Origin: an uncultured Parachlamydiaceae bacterium
GTDB taxonomy: Bacteria; Chlamydiota; Chlamydiia; Chlamydiales; Parachlamydiaceae
Length of the DNA: 64,000 nt
Assembly: GCA_963752155.1 (NCBI GenBank)
Contig: CAVVXH010000017.1
Coordinates: forward strand, 1 to 64,000
Direction of reading: 5' to 3'
The notes beneath the pieces are model-generated. The model did not search any database. It had not been told where the DNA came from and was given only the letters and a program-made list of their open reading frames with translations. The position numbers and the translations under genes are program-made. Shown piece after piece: positions 41,496 to 52,620 of the stretch. Each line of letters begins with the position of its first letter. The stretch's first letter is position 1.

Positions 41496-42638
41496 ATGAT
41501 CAAAATTCCGGGAAAAATACCGATTCAAATCCATCCGATATTTCTTCTCGTTGTTTTTGCGCTAAGTGCAATCAACTCTAATTTTGAGCTTTTTGGCCTA
41601 ATCATCTGGGCCTTTGTCATTTTCTTTTCTCTCGTTGTGCATGAAATGGGGCATGCTCTGACTGCTGTCGCTTTTGGTCAGCATGCCTCTATTGATCTCG
41701 TTGGATTTGGAGGTCTCACTCGTCGTCAAGGGCACCCCCTGAGACCTATTAAAGAATTTATCGTCGTCTTTATGGGGCCTTTGGCAGGTTTTATTTTGGG
41801 AATTGCATGTTTCCTCATATATAACCTCTATGCAACCCATCTACCCGTCTCAATACAAGAAGTTTTGCAAATTGCTTACTACGCTAATTTTTTTTGGACA
41901 ATTGTCAATTTGATTCCGGTGCAACCGCTCGATGGAGGACAATTGCTACGGATTACCTTGGAAGGTTTTTTCGGAATCAAAGGATTAAAAACGGCTCTTT
42001 TTTTAAGTTTCCTGACAGGCGTCCTTCTGAGCCTTTTCTTCTTTTCTATCCAGCAAATATTCCTTGGAGTCATTTTTATGATTTTCACTTACGAAAGTTT
42101 TCGTTCGTGGACAAGCACACTCTCTATGACTAAGCAAGATAATGATCGAGCTCTTCAACAATTTTATAAAAGCGCAGAAAAAGATTTTCATAAAGGGCAT
42201 TTAAGTTATGCCCAAGAAAAGCTCAACGTCGTGCGTAAACAAAGTGGACAAGGTTTACTCTACACATCTGCAACCATTCTTTTAGCTGAAATTTTGCATA
42301 TTCAAGGGCATGAAGATCAAGCTTATGAAATGCTCTACCCCATCAAAAAATCCCTTACAAGTGAACAGCAAGCATTACTCCATCAATTGGCATTTAACCA
42401 AAATCATTTTCAGGAAGCGATTGGCATTGGCAATACACTCTACCAATCACAACCTACGGATAAAATAGCTCTAATCAATGCCCTTTGCCATGCGCATCTA
42501 GGACAAGCACGCCCTGCAATTGGATGGTTGCAATGTGCCATTAAAAATGGTTTGCCAAATATTAAAGAAGTTCTCCAGAAAGAGGATTTTAATCCGATCC
42601 GCCATGATCCTCTTTTTGAAGCCTTCGCAAAAACATGA
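41496..42638 (+). CDS. Site-2 protease (M50) with TPR-like C-terminal region
   Basis: HEMGH, NLIPVQPLDGG. Confidence 0.9.
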   Translation: MIKIPGKIPIQIHPIFLLVVFALSAINSNFELFGLIIWAFVIFFSLVVHEMGHALTAVAFGQHASIDLVGFGGLTRRQGHPLRPIKEFIVVFMGPLAGFILGIACFLIYNLYATHLPVSIQEVLQIAYYANFFWTIVNLIPVQPLDGGQLLRITLEGFFGIKGLKTALFLSFLTGVLLSLFFFSIQQIFLGVIFMIFTYESFRSWTSTLSMTKQDNDRALQQFYKSAEKDFHKGHLSYAQEKLNVVRKQSGQGLLYTSATILLAEILHIQGHEDQAYEMLYPIKKSLTSEQQALLHQLAFNQNHFQEAIGIGNTLYQSQPTDKIALINALCHAHLGQARPAIGWLQCAIKNGLPNIKEVLQKEDFNPIRHDPLFEAFAKT

Positions 42639-42664
42639 GTATTAAACCTTAAAGGAGAAAAAAT

Positions 42665-43090
42665 ATGCAACGAAAAGCCACAGCCGTATGGCAAGGAGAA
42701 TTAAAAACTGGGAATGGAGTGCTTTCCGTAGAAAGTGGCACTTTCGAACAAGTGCCCTATTCTTTTAAAACACGATTCGAAAGTGGCAAAGGCACGAATC
42801 CAGAGGAACTATTAGCTGCGGCACATGCTGGATGTTTTGCGATGGCTCTTTCAGCTGAATTAGGCAAAGTCGGTATTGTTCCTAACAAATTAACGGCAAA
42901 TGCAGCCATTACACTTGATTTAGTTCAAGGAAGCTTTTCTATTACTAAAAGCCATATTGAACTTGTCGCTGAAATTCCAGGTGTAGACAAAACTAAATTC
43001 GATGCAGCTGTGAAAGCAGCAGAGACAGGCTGTCCAGTCTCTAAGCTTTTCAAAGCAGAAGTCTCTGTAACTGCTACGTTGAAGTCCTAA
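42665..43090 (+). CDS. osmC: OsmC peroxiredoxin
   Basis: [21 protein letters not shown]. Confidence 0.93.
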   Translation: MQRKATAVWQGELKTGNGVLSVESGTFEQVPYSFKTRFESGKGTNPEELLAAAHAGCFAMALSAELGKVGIVPNKLTANAAITLDLVQGSFSITKSHIELVAEIPGVDKTKFDAAVKAAETGCPVSKLFKAEVSVTATLKS

Positions 43091-43104
43091 AGAAGGAGAC
43101 TGTA

Positions 43105-44238
43105 CTATATGTCATTGTTAAGAATCTGTTCTCTATACCGCTGCATACGTTGAACCATGTAGTGAAGATTATGGATCGAAGCAAGGGTCATGCTCGTGAG
43201 TTCACTTGCTTTAAACAAATGATGTAAGTAACCACGGGTAAACCTTTTGCAAGTAGGGCAATGGCAGTCGGGAATCACTGGTGAAAAATCTGTTGCGTGG
43301 CGTGCTTTGGTGATGTCGAGATTTCCATTGTCAGTTAGCAAAATCCCATGACGCGCAGAGCGAGTCGGATATGAACTGTCGAATGTGTCAAAACCCAAAG
43401 GAATCGATCGATCAATTGAGGGGAGATCGCCAATCCCCAACAGATGGTTTGGCTTTTCTTTTGGAAGCAAGGGCATTGTATAAGAAAGGAGTGCGTGCAT
43501 TTCTTCTTTGTCCTTGCCCACGCTTCCTCCTACAGCAAAACCATCGAAATCTAAAGCTGTGAGGTAGTGACAACTTTCTTGCCGCAGATCTTGATCGATT
43601 CCGCCGTGTATCACGGCATACATGGCTTGCCCCTGAGGGCTTTGTAAGTGAGTTTCAAGAGATCGTTTTTCCCAGCGATGCGTTCTATCTAAAGATTTCT
43701 TAAGATTGTCTTTTGAAATATGATAGGGAGGAAGCTCGTCTAAAGGAATGATGATATCGGCTCCAAAGTCTTTTTGAGCTTGCACGGAACTTTCGGGAGT
43801 GAGCAATATTTTTTCGCCATTGCGATAGGAGCGAAAATGGACACCATCCTCTGTGATTTTGAGAACGAGGCCTCCTTGTTTTTTTGTTCCACGGCTTTTA
43901 AGTTCATTGGCAACGCCACCGTAAGCCAAGCTAAAGACTTGGAAGCCACCTGAATCGGTGATGATAGGAAGTTTTCGATTAATGAACGTATGAAGGCCTC
44001 CGGCTTGCCTAACAATGTCGGGACCAGGTTGTAGAAGAAGATGATAGGTGTTGCAGAACATGAGCTGCAGGCCGACTTCATCTACAAGTGCATTGTCAAG
44101 GGATTTGAGCGTTCCGTTTGTCCCTACTGCTACAAAATTTGGAGTTTCAATAGTCCCGTGAGGCGTATGAATGCGCCCTACTCGAGCACGCGACTTTTTT
44201 GACTCGTGAATTAACTGGAAAGAAAAAGTGTTCATCAT
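43105..44238 (-). CDS. tgt: tRNA-guanine transglycosylase
   Basis: NTYHL, TDSGGFQVFSL, HLLGIG, C.C..C zinc site. Confidence 0.95.
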   Translation of the reverse strand: MMNTFSFQLIHESKKSRARVGRIHTPHGTIETPNFVAVGTNGTLKSLDNALVDEVGLQLMFCNTYHLLLQPGPDIVRQAGGLHTFINRKLPIITDSGGFQVFSLAYGGVANELKSRGTKKQGGLVLKITEDGVHFRSYRNGEKILLTPESSVQAQKDFGADIIIPLDELPPYHISKDNLKKSLDRTHRWEKRSLETHLQSPQGQAMYAVIHGGIDQDLRQESCHYLTALDFDGFAVGGSVGKDKEEMHALLSYTMPLLPKEKPNHLLGIGDLPSIDRSIPLGFDTFDSSYPTRSARHGILLTDNGNLDITKARHATDFSPVIPDCHCPTCKRFTRGYLHHLFKASELTSMTLASIHNLHYMVQRMQRYREQILNNDI

Positions 44239-44463
44239 TTATGAGCCCATTAAGTCGTTTTTAACGAACGATAATTAATCGTTTTATAGATATTAAATTT
44301 ATACCGAAGTTAGGAATAAATGTAAAGGAAGTAATACGGAGCAGCAATTCTACAGGAAAATCTAAAGAAAATTGCTTTTCTTTTAATTATGAATTTGATA
44401 TACTTGAAAGTATTAATTCGTTACTTGATTTCTAAAATAAGAACTCTAAACCAAGAGGTGCTT

Positions 44464-45123
44464 GTGTTTTTTTCAATCTTTCCTGTTGATATTCAAAAAA
44501 CTATATTAACATTTATGAATCTTCCAACTTTAGGCAACATGAGCCGAGTGGATTCTAAATTAATGAGCTTTTGTATTCCTCTGATTTTAGAAAAAAGTAA
44601 GTTATATTTAGAAAACAAATATAAATTTTATAAAGAAGAGGAGGAGAATTTGAGAATAAAAAATCCTCGTCACCCTCCATCATTACTTATGGATGCTTTA
44701 TTTTCAGGCCCTGAAATTGATTTCCCACATACTTCTCAACATTATTCAAACATTATTGGGGAAGATATTAAAAAAATCGTCTTACTTTTTCCTGAAAGTA
44801 TTAATTATTGTCATGTAGGAACTCAAGATAAATTTAATTTCTTTCCCCTTACAGTGGCTTGCTGGAATTCAAATATTCCAACTGAAATAGTGGAGTTTTT
44901 ATTTAAAGAAATATCTTCGCATGCAATCTTATATGTAGATGTTGAATATTTAAAAAATATTAACCTAGAAAGAATTAAATATCGGGAAGAAGAAGAGATA
45001 AAAAAATATGCAAAAATTATGGAACTTTTTGCGCAATATAAAGACAATATTGTTGGAAAACAAAAGAACCAAACATTGCCATGTGGTTGCAATAGTTTAT
45101 CCGGGCAAGATCATATAGTATAA
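44464..45123 (+). CDS. F-box-like effector paralogue 1
   Basis: FPVDIQKTILTFMNLPTL..MSRVD; HPPSLL.DAL; PCGC; GTG start after RBS aagaggtg. Confidence 0.7.
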   Translation: MFFSIFPVDIQKTILTFMNLPTLGNMSRVDSKLMSFCIPLILEKSKLYLENKYKFYKEEEENLRIKNPRHPPSLLMDALFSGPEIDFPHTSQHYSNIIGEDIKKIVLLFPESINYCHVGTQDKFNFFPLTVACWNSNIPTEIVEFLFKEISSHAILYVDVEYLKNINLERIKYREEEEIKKYAKIMELFAQYKDNIVGKQKNQTLPCGCNSLSGQDHIV

Positions 45124-45146
45124 CATGGTAAAATATTGGGGTATTT

Positions 45147-45772
45147 ATGTTTTTTTCTGATTTTTCAATTGAAGATAAAAGAAATGTATTGCAAAGTATG
45201 AATCTCCCAATTTTATGCCGAATGAGTCAAGTAGATTCGAAAATAATGGAACTTTCTATATCGATAATTGTTGAAAAAAGTAAATTATATTTAAGAGAAA
45301 AATATAATAGTTATTATGAAGAGGAAGAAGCATTAAGAAGAGATAATCCAAACCATCCTCCTTCGCTGCTCAAGGATGCTCTACTTTCAGGTTCGAATAA
45401 TTACGCACATTCCATAAAAATATATACAAGTAGAGTGGAATATGACATTAAAAAAATTATTAAATATTTTCCTGACAGTATTAATTACTGCCCTTTTCAA
45501 GGAATGTCTTTGCTTACCTTAGCCTGCGCTAACAAAGATATTCCAAAAGAGATCATTGAATTTTTATTTCAAAATATGTCATCAGAATATTTGTAGATAC
45601 TAGATATTTAAAATGGGTAGATATATATAACGCAAATTCTAAAGAATCTGAAAATAACAAACAAAAATCGGCAAAAATTATGAAACTTTTGACCGAATAC
45701 AAAGATAAAATCACTGAATATAAATCCGATCAGGTGTTGCCATGTGGTTGTGGACTTAATTTACTCTCTTAA
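45147..45772 (+). pseudogene. F-box-like effector paralogue 2, frameshifted near 45590
   Basis: ORF stops at 45596 but homology continues VDTRYLK...AKIMKLL...LPCGCGLNLLS* in another frame. Confidence 0.75.
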
Positions 45773-45868
45773 AGCTAAAAAGTTGCTGTATTTTTAATTA
45801 TGATTTTGATATAATGCTTATTAGCGACCTAACTTTCTAAAATTATAAATTAAAACTAAGAGGTATAT

Positions 45869-46558
45869 ATGTCTTTTTCAATTCTCCCTATTGATGCTCA
45901 AAAAACTACATTAACATTTATGGAACTTCCAACTTTAGGCAGGATGAGTCGAGTGGACTCTAAATTAATGAATTTTTGTGCTCCTTTAATTTCAGAAAAA
46001 AGTAAATTATATTTAGAAGAAACATATAAATCTTATAAAGAAGATGAGGAAGATTTGAGAATAGAAAAACCTAAACATCCTCCTTCATTGCTTATGGACG
46101 CCTTGCTTACAGGCCATAATAGTCCTATAAAACGCACTTTTAACCAATATTCAAACATTATTGGAGAAGATATTAAAAAAATCATCTTACTTTTTCCTGA
46201 GAGTATTAATTATTGTCATGCGCGAACTCGAGATGATGATCGGATGTCTCCTCTTACATTGGCTTGTTATAATATAAATATTCCAATAGAAGTAGTAGAA
46301 TTTTTGTTTAAAGAAACATCTTCAAAGACAACATTGTATGTAAATGTTAAATATCTAAAAAGAGTAAACAAATCAATCATAGAAAGTGGAAAAGAAGAAG
46401 AGAAGCAAAAATATGTGAAAATTATGGAACTTTTGGCTTTGTACGAGAATAAAATTGTTCAAAAAGAAGATGATCAAACAATGCCATGCGGTTGCAATAC
46501 TACACTTGATTTCCTTTTACCTGTATCTAGCGAGACAGTTGTTCAAGCCTCTGCGTGA
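45869..46558 (+). CDS. F-box-like effector paralogue 3
   Basis: LPIDAQKTTLTFMELPTL.RMSRVD; PLTLAC; PCGC. Confidence 0.7.
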   Translation: MSFSILPIDAQKTTLTFMELPTLGRMSRVDSKLMNFCAPLISEKSKLYLEETYKSYKEDEEDLRIEKPKHPPSLLMDALLTGHNSPIKRTFNQYSNIIGEDIKKIILLFPESINYCHARTRDDDRMSPLTLACYNINIPIEVVEFLFKETSSKTTLYVNVKYLKRVNKSIIESGKEEEKQKYVKIMELLALYENKIVQKEDDQTMPCGCNTTLDFLLPVSSETVVQASA

Positions 46559-47206
46559 AATCGAAATAGGTAAAAAACTGTGCAAATTGTAGCTCATCAT
46601 TCCGCATCAGGATAAGGAAATTAAAATTTTATTTCCTTATCCTGATGCGTAATCCTGATGCGTATGCATTCCGAGTATACAGCTTGACACGTTCTGTTGC
46701 TACTGTGGATCAACGGTAAAAACGATAAGAACGATAAGAACGATAAGAACGATAAGAACGATAAGAACGATAAGAACGATAAAAACGATAAGAACGATAA
46801 AAACGATGGAAGAAGTCTGGTTGCAGAAAAAACCATAATCGTGGAATTAAAATGTTGTGAAAGTTTGGTTCGCGAACATCAGGCGCAATTATTCACTATT
46901 TAAAAATTTCTCAACTTTAAATCGGTTTGTTAGTAAATTTCCGACATAGGAAATTGGAATGGAAAAGACCGCAAAGCAATGAGGACTTTTCGACTAATCT
47001 AGAAGAAATCCGTGACGTACTGAGTATCGTTTTTATCGTTTTTATCGTTTTTATCGTTCTTATCGTTTTTATCGTTCTTATCGTTGTATCGTTGATTACA
47101 TCTACATAAAAAAACATATCCCGACAACATAGTGAATGGGTGTTAATTTCCTTATCCTGATGCGTATGCATTCCGATCATGAGCTACAATTTGCGCAATT
47201 TCTTAA
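46557..47206 (+). mobile_element. Composite: family H termini enclosing a GxxExxY-gene remnant (C-terminal part) between inverted 9-bp arrays
   Basis: aacgataar x11 at 46712-46810; IIVELKC.E....HQAQL..YLK...IGLLVNF; inverse array at 47023-47085. Confidence 0.7.
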
Positions 47207-47368
47207 AGTTGGAGCTCGCAATTTAGCAGTACTTAGGAAAATTCTTACGATTTCCCATGTTCCCATGTTCCCATGCTCTGCTCATGACTCAAATATAGCT
47301 TGATATACGTACAACAAAACCTTAGAATCATGTTATTTAGATCTAATTTCAGAACAAGCAAGGAGAGA

Positions 47369-47809
47369 ATGATGAGGTATATTGAACAAATCAATCATGG
47401 AATTAAAGAGTCAATGCGAAGTCATGATCAAGTAAGACTTAATACTTTACGCATGCTCAAGTCCAAAATACTGGCCGTTGATGCCCGCGGTGAACTCCCA
47501 GATACTGAAGTTCTTAAACTTTTCAAAACTTATTTCGGTAATCTTCAGGAAGCTTTAAAACAAGCAGAAGATGCTGATCGTTTGGACATCTCTGAACAAT
47601 TAAAAAAAGAAATTGTTATTGTGCAAGAGTTTTTACCCAAAGCTCTTTCTCCTGAAGAAACATTAAAAATCGTGGAACAAGCAATTATAGATTCTGGTGC
47701 TAAGACCAAAAAAGATTTTGGGCTGGTCATGAAGGCGATTATGAAGCTCAATAGTTCTGTCGATGGGAAGACGGCTAAGGATTTGGCCAGTCAATTACTG
47801 CCCGATTAA
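47369..47809 (+). CDS. GatB/YqeY domain protein
   Basis: L..LRMLKS, E+.IV.EFLP..LS.EE, KDFG.VMK. Confidence 0.88.
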   Translation: MMRYIEQINHGIKESMRSHDQVRLNTLRMLKSKILAVDARGELPDTEVLKLFKTYFGNLQEALKQAEDADRLDISEQLKKEIVIVQEFLPKALSPEETLKIVEQAIIDSGAKTKKDFGLVMKAIMKLNSSVDGKTAKDLASQLLPD

Positions 47810-48792
47810 GTCCCTAACGTAAACACTAAAATTTCGGGAATAGCAAACCAGCGAAACTGCATAAGTGATCCAACCCCGCGATTAACATAAATCGATTTTC
47901 CGTGGTACTCAATAGCCCCTCTTTTAAATTGAGGATGTTCCATAAGAGTGAATTTCGTCCACATCCAGGGCAAATTCACTTGTCCTCCATGTGTATGTCC
48001 GCAAAGAACGATCTCTCCAGGATAATTTTGGAGGAGTGGAATGGCATCAGGATTATGCACGAGGATGATGCCTGGATAAAGAGGATTATAGCTCTGAAAA
48101 GCAACTTCAGGGCATGTTTTGGCTAGAGTATATTCACCTAATCCGCAAATATTTAAGAAACTGTCTTTGATCCTTATTTGATAGCAAACGTTCTCCAAGA
48201 TCTGAAAAGGACTTTTTTGTAAAAGTTCCATTAATTGTTGATGATGTCCCATGGCAGCAGCTCGAGGTGTCACTCGTTTCACGAGCTTTGTTTTTCCAAA
48301 TAGGCGACTAAAGCCTCGCGTGATTATCGATCTCTGATCCTCTTGAAGAGTATCATACTCTCCATTAACATTCGCTGAGACATACTCCGCATAATCATGA
48401 TTGCCTAAAACAGCGTAACAGCCATAGGGTGCTTGCAATTCATTTAGAAATTGAAGCAGATTCGATTGTTCATCTTTTTCTAGAATGGAATTACAAATAA
48501 AATCCCCTGTGAACAATACTATATCAGGACTTTCATTGTGAATTTTTTCTGAAAGTCGTTTTAAATAGCGTGGAGAAAATCCTTTTTGAAAATGCAAGTC
48601 ACTAAATTGAATAATTTTAAGTCCTTTCAATGCTGTAGGACAAGACGATAGATTGAAAGTGTGGCGAGTGATTTGCAAGAGCTTTGGTTCAATAAAACGC
48701 GGCCAGATGCCTATAATGGAAACAATGCACCAAAGATCCCAGAAGAAATCACAAAAATTAAAGGACACTAATTTATTAAATAAACGATTCAT
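47806..48792 (-). CDS. lpxG: Calcineurin-like metallophosphoesterase, probable UDP-2,3-diacylglucosamine hydrolase
   Basis: SDLH, TGDF, LGNHD, GHTHGGQ; adjacency to the SWIB gene matches the chlamydial arrangement as I recall it. Confidence 0.7.
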   Translation of the reverse strand: MNRLFNKLVSFNFCDFFWDLWCIVSIIGIWPRFIEPKLLQITRHTFNLSSCPTALKGLKIIQFSDLHFQKGFSPRYLKRLSEKIHNESPDIVLFTGDFICNSILEKDEQSNLLQFLNELQAPYGCYAVLGNHDYAEYVSANVNGEYDTLQEDQRSIITRGFSRLFGKTKLVKRVTPRAAAMGHHQQLMELLQKSPFQILENVCYQIRIKDSFLNICGLGEYTLAKTCPEVAFQSYNPLYPGIILVHNPDAIPLLQNYPGEIVLCGHTHGGQVNLPWMWTKFTLMEHPQFKRGAIEYHGKSIYVNRGVGSLMQFRWFAIPEILVFTLGT

Positions 48793-48933
48793 GACATAAA
48801 ATATATTGAGGCAGAAGGTGAATTTCGTTCTTGTGGACGAAAAATTAACAGGAATGCTGATCATCACCAGGCTGTATAATCCCCGTATGTGTGGATTATA
48901 CAACCTGTGCAAATACTTCAATACAAAGATTAC

Positions 48934-48987
48934 CAGCAATTCTCGCTAATTATCGGGCAGGGGCACGAAAATTAGCGGGAATGGCTG
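48934..48987. repeat. Repeat family D, short copy
   Basis: cagcaattctcgctaatt...aattagcgggaatggctg. Confidence 0.8.
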
Positions 48988-48991
48988 AAGA

Positions 48992-49285
48992 CTACCGGTG
49001 TTTAGCTAATTCTTTGTCAGACAAATGTGCAGCCACTTTACCTGTCATTTTGAACATGTCAATAGGATCTGATGAACCGAGAACTTTGGCAAGTTTTTCA
49101 TCAGGATTGATATTGCGTTTAGCTTTTTGATCTTGTAATTGATGCTTTTTAATGTACTCCCAAAGTTTTTTTGTAACTTCTGTACGGGGCATAGGGCCGG
49201 CTCCAACAATTGCAGCCAACGCATCACTTACATGAACAGGCTTCATAAAAGCAGATGTTTTTTTTTCTTGATCTTTCGGCATCAT
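48992..49285 (-). CDS. SWIB/MDM2 domain protein
   Basis: AFMKP..VS..LAAIVG.GPMPRTEVTKKLWEYIK. Confidence 0.93.
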   Translation of the reverse strand: MMPKDQEKKTSAFMKPVHVSDALAAIVGAGPMPRTEVTKKLWEYIKKHQLQDQKAKRNINPDEKLAKVLGSSDPIDMFKMTGKVAAHLSDKELAKHR

Positions 49286-49518
49286 TTTCTCCTTGATAGT
49301 TTTGATATTCTCCACCTGCAACAATAAGGTGAATTTTTAGTCTTTTCCTCGAGTTCCATTTTTGTAACCTGTTGGCAATTCTTAGTCAAGTTTTCTAAAA
49401 GTCACTTTATCTTTTGATTTACAGTGACCTATGGGCCAAACATCTGTTACTATAGATCCATAGATGTTTGCAGACATGAGTGGATCTTTTCATAGTGAAG
49501 ATACTGTAGCTCGCAATT

Positions 49519-51777
49519 TTGAAGATATTAAAAACATCTAGGACGATGAAGAAAGTGGAGGAATCGATGTGTAAAGAAAACTTAACAACGGCTTCTTTAG
49601 AAGTTAAACTTAAAGAAATTGAAGCTTTTGTTCAAAAAATCAAAGCGAGCTCGACTTTATCTGAAAAACTCGATGTAGTGAATTCTGAAAGTACTGTAGA
49701 AGCATTTCTAGGTAAATATAAAGCCATAGAATCTATCTTTTCCCATGTAAAGCCGGAGGATGAATTTATCCTAAAAGTTCTCATTGTCCTGGGTCAAGGC
49801 CCTCTATTTTTTGAACAAATGGACACATCTGATGGCAAAATCAAAAGTTTGCGTTTCATGTTGCAAAAATTACAGGAAGTAGAAAATTTCTACGCTTTCA
49901 TGGGTGGACTCGCGGGCTACTATCTGAGTGTTATGACTTTAATTGTTGAAAAACACTCCCCGAACAAAGAATCGTTAAACTCTTCAAATGAGAAATACTA
50001 CAGACCCGGTGGACTTGATATTTCCGCCGATGAAGAGGCCCGACGTGCAGCCGTTCGTTGGGGAATTGAAAGTCTGCCCCTTTTAGCGCAAATTTGCCCT
50101 ATTGGAGGGGCAGGAGATCGATTAAATTTGGTGGAAGAAACGACTGGTGATCAGTTACCGGTAGCTTACTTAAAATTTGGTGGATTTTCATTGCTTGAAA
50201 GCTTAGTCAGAGATCTACAAGCTATCGAATTTCTATATTGGAAAATCTATCACAAACAACTTGTTGTTCCGGTGGCCTTGATGACTTCTGAAGAGAAAAA
50301 TAACGATGAACAAATTAAAGCTCTTTGCGAAAAACTCGCCTATTTTGGAAGAAAGTCTGAAAATTTCCGACAATTTATGCAACCATTGGTTCCGGTGATA
50401 ACCCAAGAAGGAGATTTTGCTCTTTCAGAACCTCTTAAACTAGTCTTAAAACCAGGTGGACATGGTGTAGTTTGGAGGCTTGCTATTGAAAACAACATTT
50501 TTTCTTGGTTTAAGTCATTAGGAAAAGAGAAACTGTTAATTAGGCAAATCAACAATCCGATAGCTGCTACCGATGCTGCGTTATTGGCCTTTGTAGGCGT
50601 TGGAAAACAACAGCAGAGAACGTTTGGTTTTCTTTCTTGCGATCGATTGATCGGCGCTGCGGAAGGGATGCTTGTCATCAAAGAAACCCAAGCAAATAAT
50701 CTATTTAGCTATTGCATAATGAATATCGAATATACAGATTTTACAACCAAAGGGCTCAAGGATGCTCCTAAAGAAGAGGGAAGCGAATATGGAATTTATC
50801 CGGCCAATACCAATATTCTCTTTGCAGACATCGAAGCTTTGAATCATGTGATTTCAGAAGTGCCAGTCCCAGGCATGATCATCAATATGAAAAGTAAATT
50901 TCTTCATATGGAGAAAGATGGAACATTTAAAAGTAGCCATGGAGGACGTCTCGAGTCGATGATGCAAAATATTTCTGAATCTATTGTCGACACTTTTCCT
51001 CAAAAAATGGAGGATAGCAGCCAGATGCACTCCTTCGTGATCTACGAAAAAAGACAAAAAGTCATTTCAGTCACAAAAAATCAATTTCAAGCAGGTAAAT
51101 CCATTAATGAAACCCCTGAAGGGTGTTTTTATGATCAAATGCACAATTGTTATGACCTTCTACGCGATCATTGCCGTATGAACATCCCAATGACACAGAC
51201 AAAAGAAGAATTTATTCAACGAGGACCCTCTTTAATTTTACGCTATCATCCTTCTCTAGGACCCCTCTATGAAGTGATTGCCCAAAAATTGCGCGGAGGC
51301 AATCTTGCATTTGGTTCAGAACTTTGCCTTGAAATTTCAGAAATCACTATCGAGAATCTAGCCTTAGATGGAAGTTTGCATATCCTTGCGAAGGATCTTC
51401 TAGGGCATAAAAACCAAGAGGGAGTTGTTTGTTATAGCCACCAAAATGGTAAATGTGAACTTAAAAATGTTTCCATTGTCAACAAAGGCATTAATAGAGA
51501 AGCAGAAAACAGTTATTGGAAAAATGAGATCACTCGACATGAGCAATTGGAAATTATTTTACATGGGAATGCGGAATTTTCAGCTTGCGACGTTTTGTTT
51601 GAAGGAAGTATAAAATACGCAATTCCTTCAGGGCAACGAACTGAAGTAACCATGCAGGACGGAAAAATTCATTACCGTCACTTAAAAATTTCAGAGCCCA
51701 CGTGGCAGTGGCACTATGCTTTTGATGAACAAAACAGGGTGATTCTTAATTATCCGTATCCACTTGATAAACTATAG
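49519..51777 (+). CDS. UTP--glucose-1-phosphate uridylyltransferase-like protein (UGP3 type)
   Basis: PIGGAGDRL, KPGGHG, RQINNP, NIEY, GGRLESMMQNI; start uncertain. Confidence 0.82.
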   Translation: MKILKTSRTMKKVEESMCKENLTTASLEVKLKEIEAFVQKIKASSTLSEKLDVVNSESTVEAFLGKYKAIESIFSHVKPEDEFILKVLIVLGQGPLFFEQMDTSDGKIKSLRFMLQKLQEVENFYAFMGGLAGYYLSVMTLIVEKHSPNKESLNSSNEKYYRPGGLDISADEEARRAAVRWGIESLPLLAQICPIGGAGDRLNLVEETTGDQLPVAYLKFGGFSLLESLVRDLQAIEFLYWKIYHKQLVVPVALMTSEEKNNDEQIKALCEKLAYFGRKSENFRQFMQPLVPVITQEGDFALSEPLKLVLKPGGHGVVWRLAIENNIFSWFKSLGKEKLLIRQINNPIAATDAALLAFVGVGKQQQRTFGFLSCDRLIGAAEGMLVIKETQANNLFSYCIMNIEYTDFTTKGLKDAPKEEGSEYGIYPANTNILFADIEALNHVISEVPVPGMIINMKSKFLHMEKDGTFKSSHGGRLESMMQNISESIVDTFPQKMEDSSQMHSFVIYEKRQKVISVTKNQFQAGKSINETPEGCFYDQMHNCYDLLRDHCRMNIPMTQTKEEFIQRGPSLILRYHPSLGPLYEVIAQKLRGGNLAFGSELCLEISEITIENLALDGSLHILAKDLLGHKNQEGVVCYSHQNGKCELKNVSIVNKGINREAENSYWKNEITRHEQLEIILHGNAEFSACDVLFEGSIKYAIPSGQRTEVTMQDGKIHYRHLKISEPTWQWHYAFDEQNRVILNYPYPLDKL

Positions 51778-52447
51778 AGACATTTGCGCTGACGGATACG
51801 TCGCTGGGTTCTATTGGAGTTGAGCGATCTAAACTAGCTGCAAACATTTTATGGCGTGGTTCAGGAATTCTAGCATTATCCAAAGATATCTCTTGGATCC
51901 GTTCAAGCCTAATGTTTGCTGCCATGGCTAGATCTTCAGCATCTTGTATAGCATTTTGTGTTGCCATTTTAATGACTTCTTGACGATAAAGACGCTCATC
52001 TTTTAATCCGAAACTGATTTGGTCAATAGAGTTAGCTCCAGCCTCGCTCACAGTATCTATGAGCTCTCCGGCTAAATCAAGCTTATCCGTTTGAATATAC
52101 AGAGTATTTGTCACACGGTAACCGTTGATTTTTTGTTTCCAATCAGGCGCCGGGTTTTTGGGATATGGGGTATACGTCGGAGTGATGTTGAATTGTCCGG
52201 TCGTGTATTCTTTGGAGGTCAATTCTTTTGCTTGGAGTGCAGAAATGACGCTTCTCATTTTTTGACTATTATTCTGAAGGGCGGCCACAGCGCTGTCTGC
52301 TTCGGTGATTACAGCAACAGTTAGATTAAATTGATCTGCAGGTTTTTTTAAGATCGCAGAACCATTAATTGAAAGTATGGGAAGCTGTTCATCAGCAAAA
52401 GCTATTCCACTCAACAGAAATAGAAAATAGGCTATTTTTCGGATCAT
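51746..52447 (-). CDS. SIMPL domain (DUF541) periplasmic protein
   Basis: Signal peptide, GYRVTN, AGANSI..I.F. Confidence 0.88.
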   Translation of the reverse strand: MIRKIAYFLFLLSGIAFADEQLPILSINGSAILKKPADQFNLTVAVITEADSAVAALQNNSQKMRSVISALQAKELTSKEYTTGQFNITPTYTPYPKNPAPDWKQKINGYRVTNTLYIQTDKLDLAGELIDTVSEAGANSIDQISFGLKDERLYRQEVIKMATQNAIQDAEDLAMAANIRLERIQEISLDNARIPEPRHKMFAASLDRSTPIEPSDVSVSANVSIVYQVDTDN

Positions 52448-52620
52448 GTCATTTCCTCCTTCTTAATGTGTTTCGATTTTAAAGTTTTTTTTGCATAAAG
52501 TCGAGAGAATTTAATCGATTAGAGCATGTTATGTTATTGACTATAAAATATTTATATGATATGATTCCATATCAGAAGTTAAGGAATGTCTATTTAATTA
52601 ATTCTAATTATGAGGTAGTT

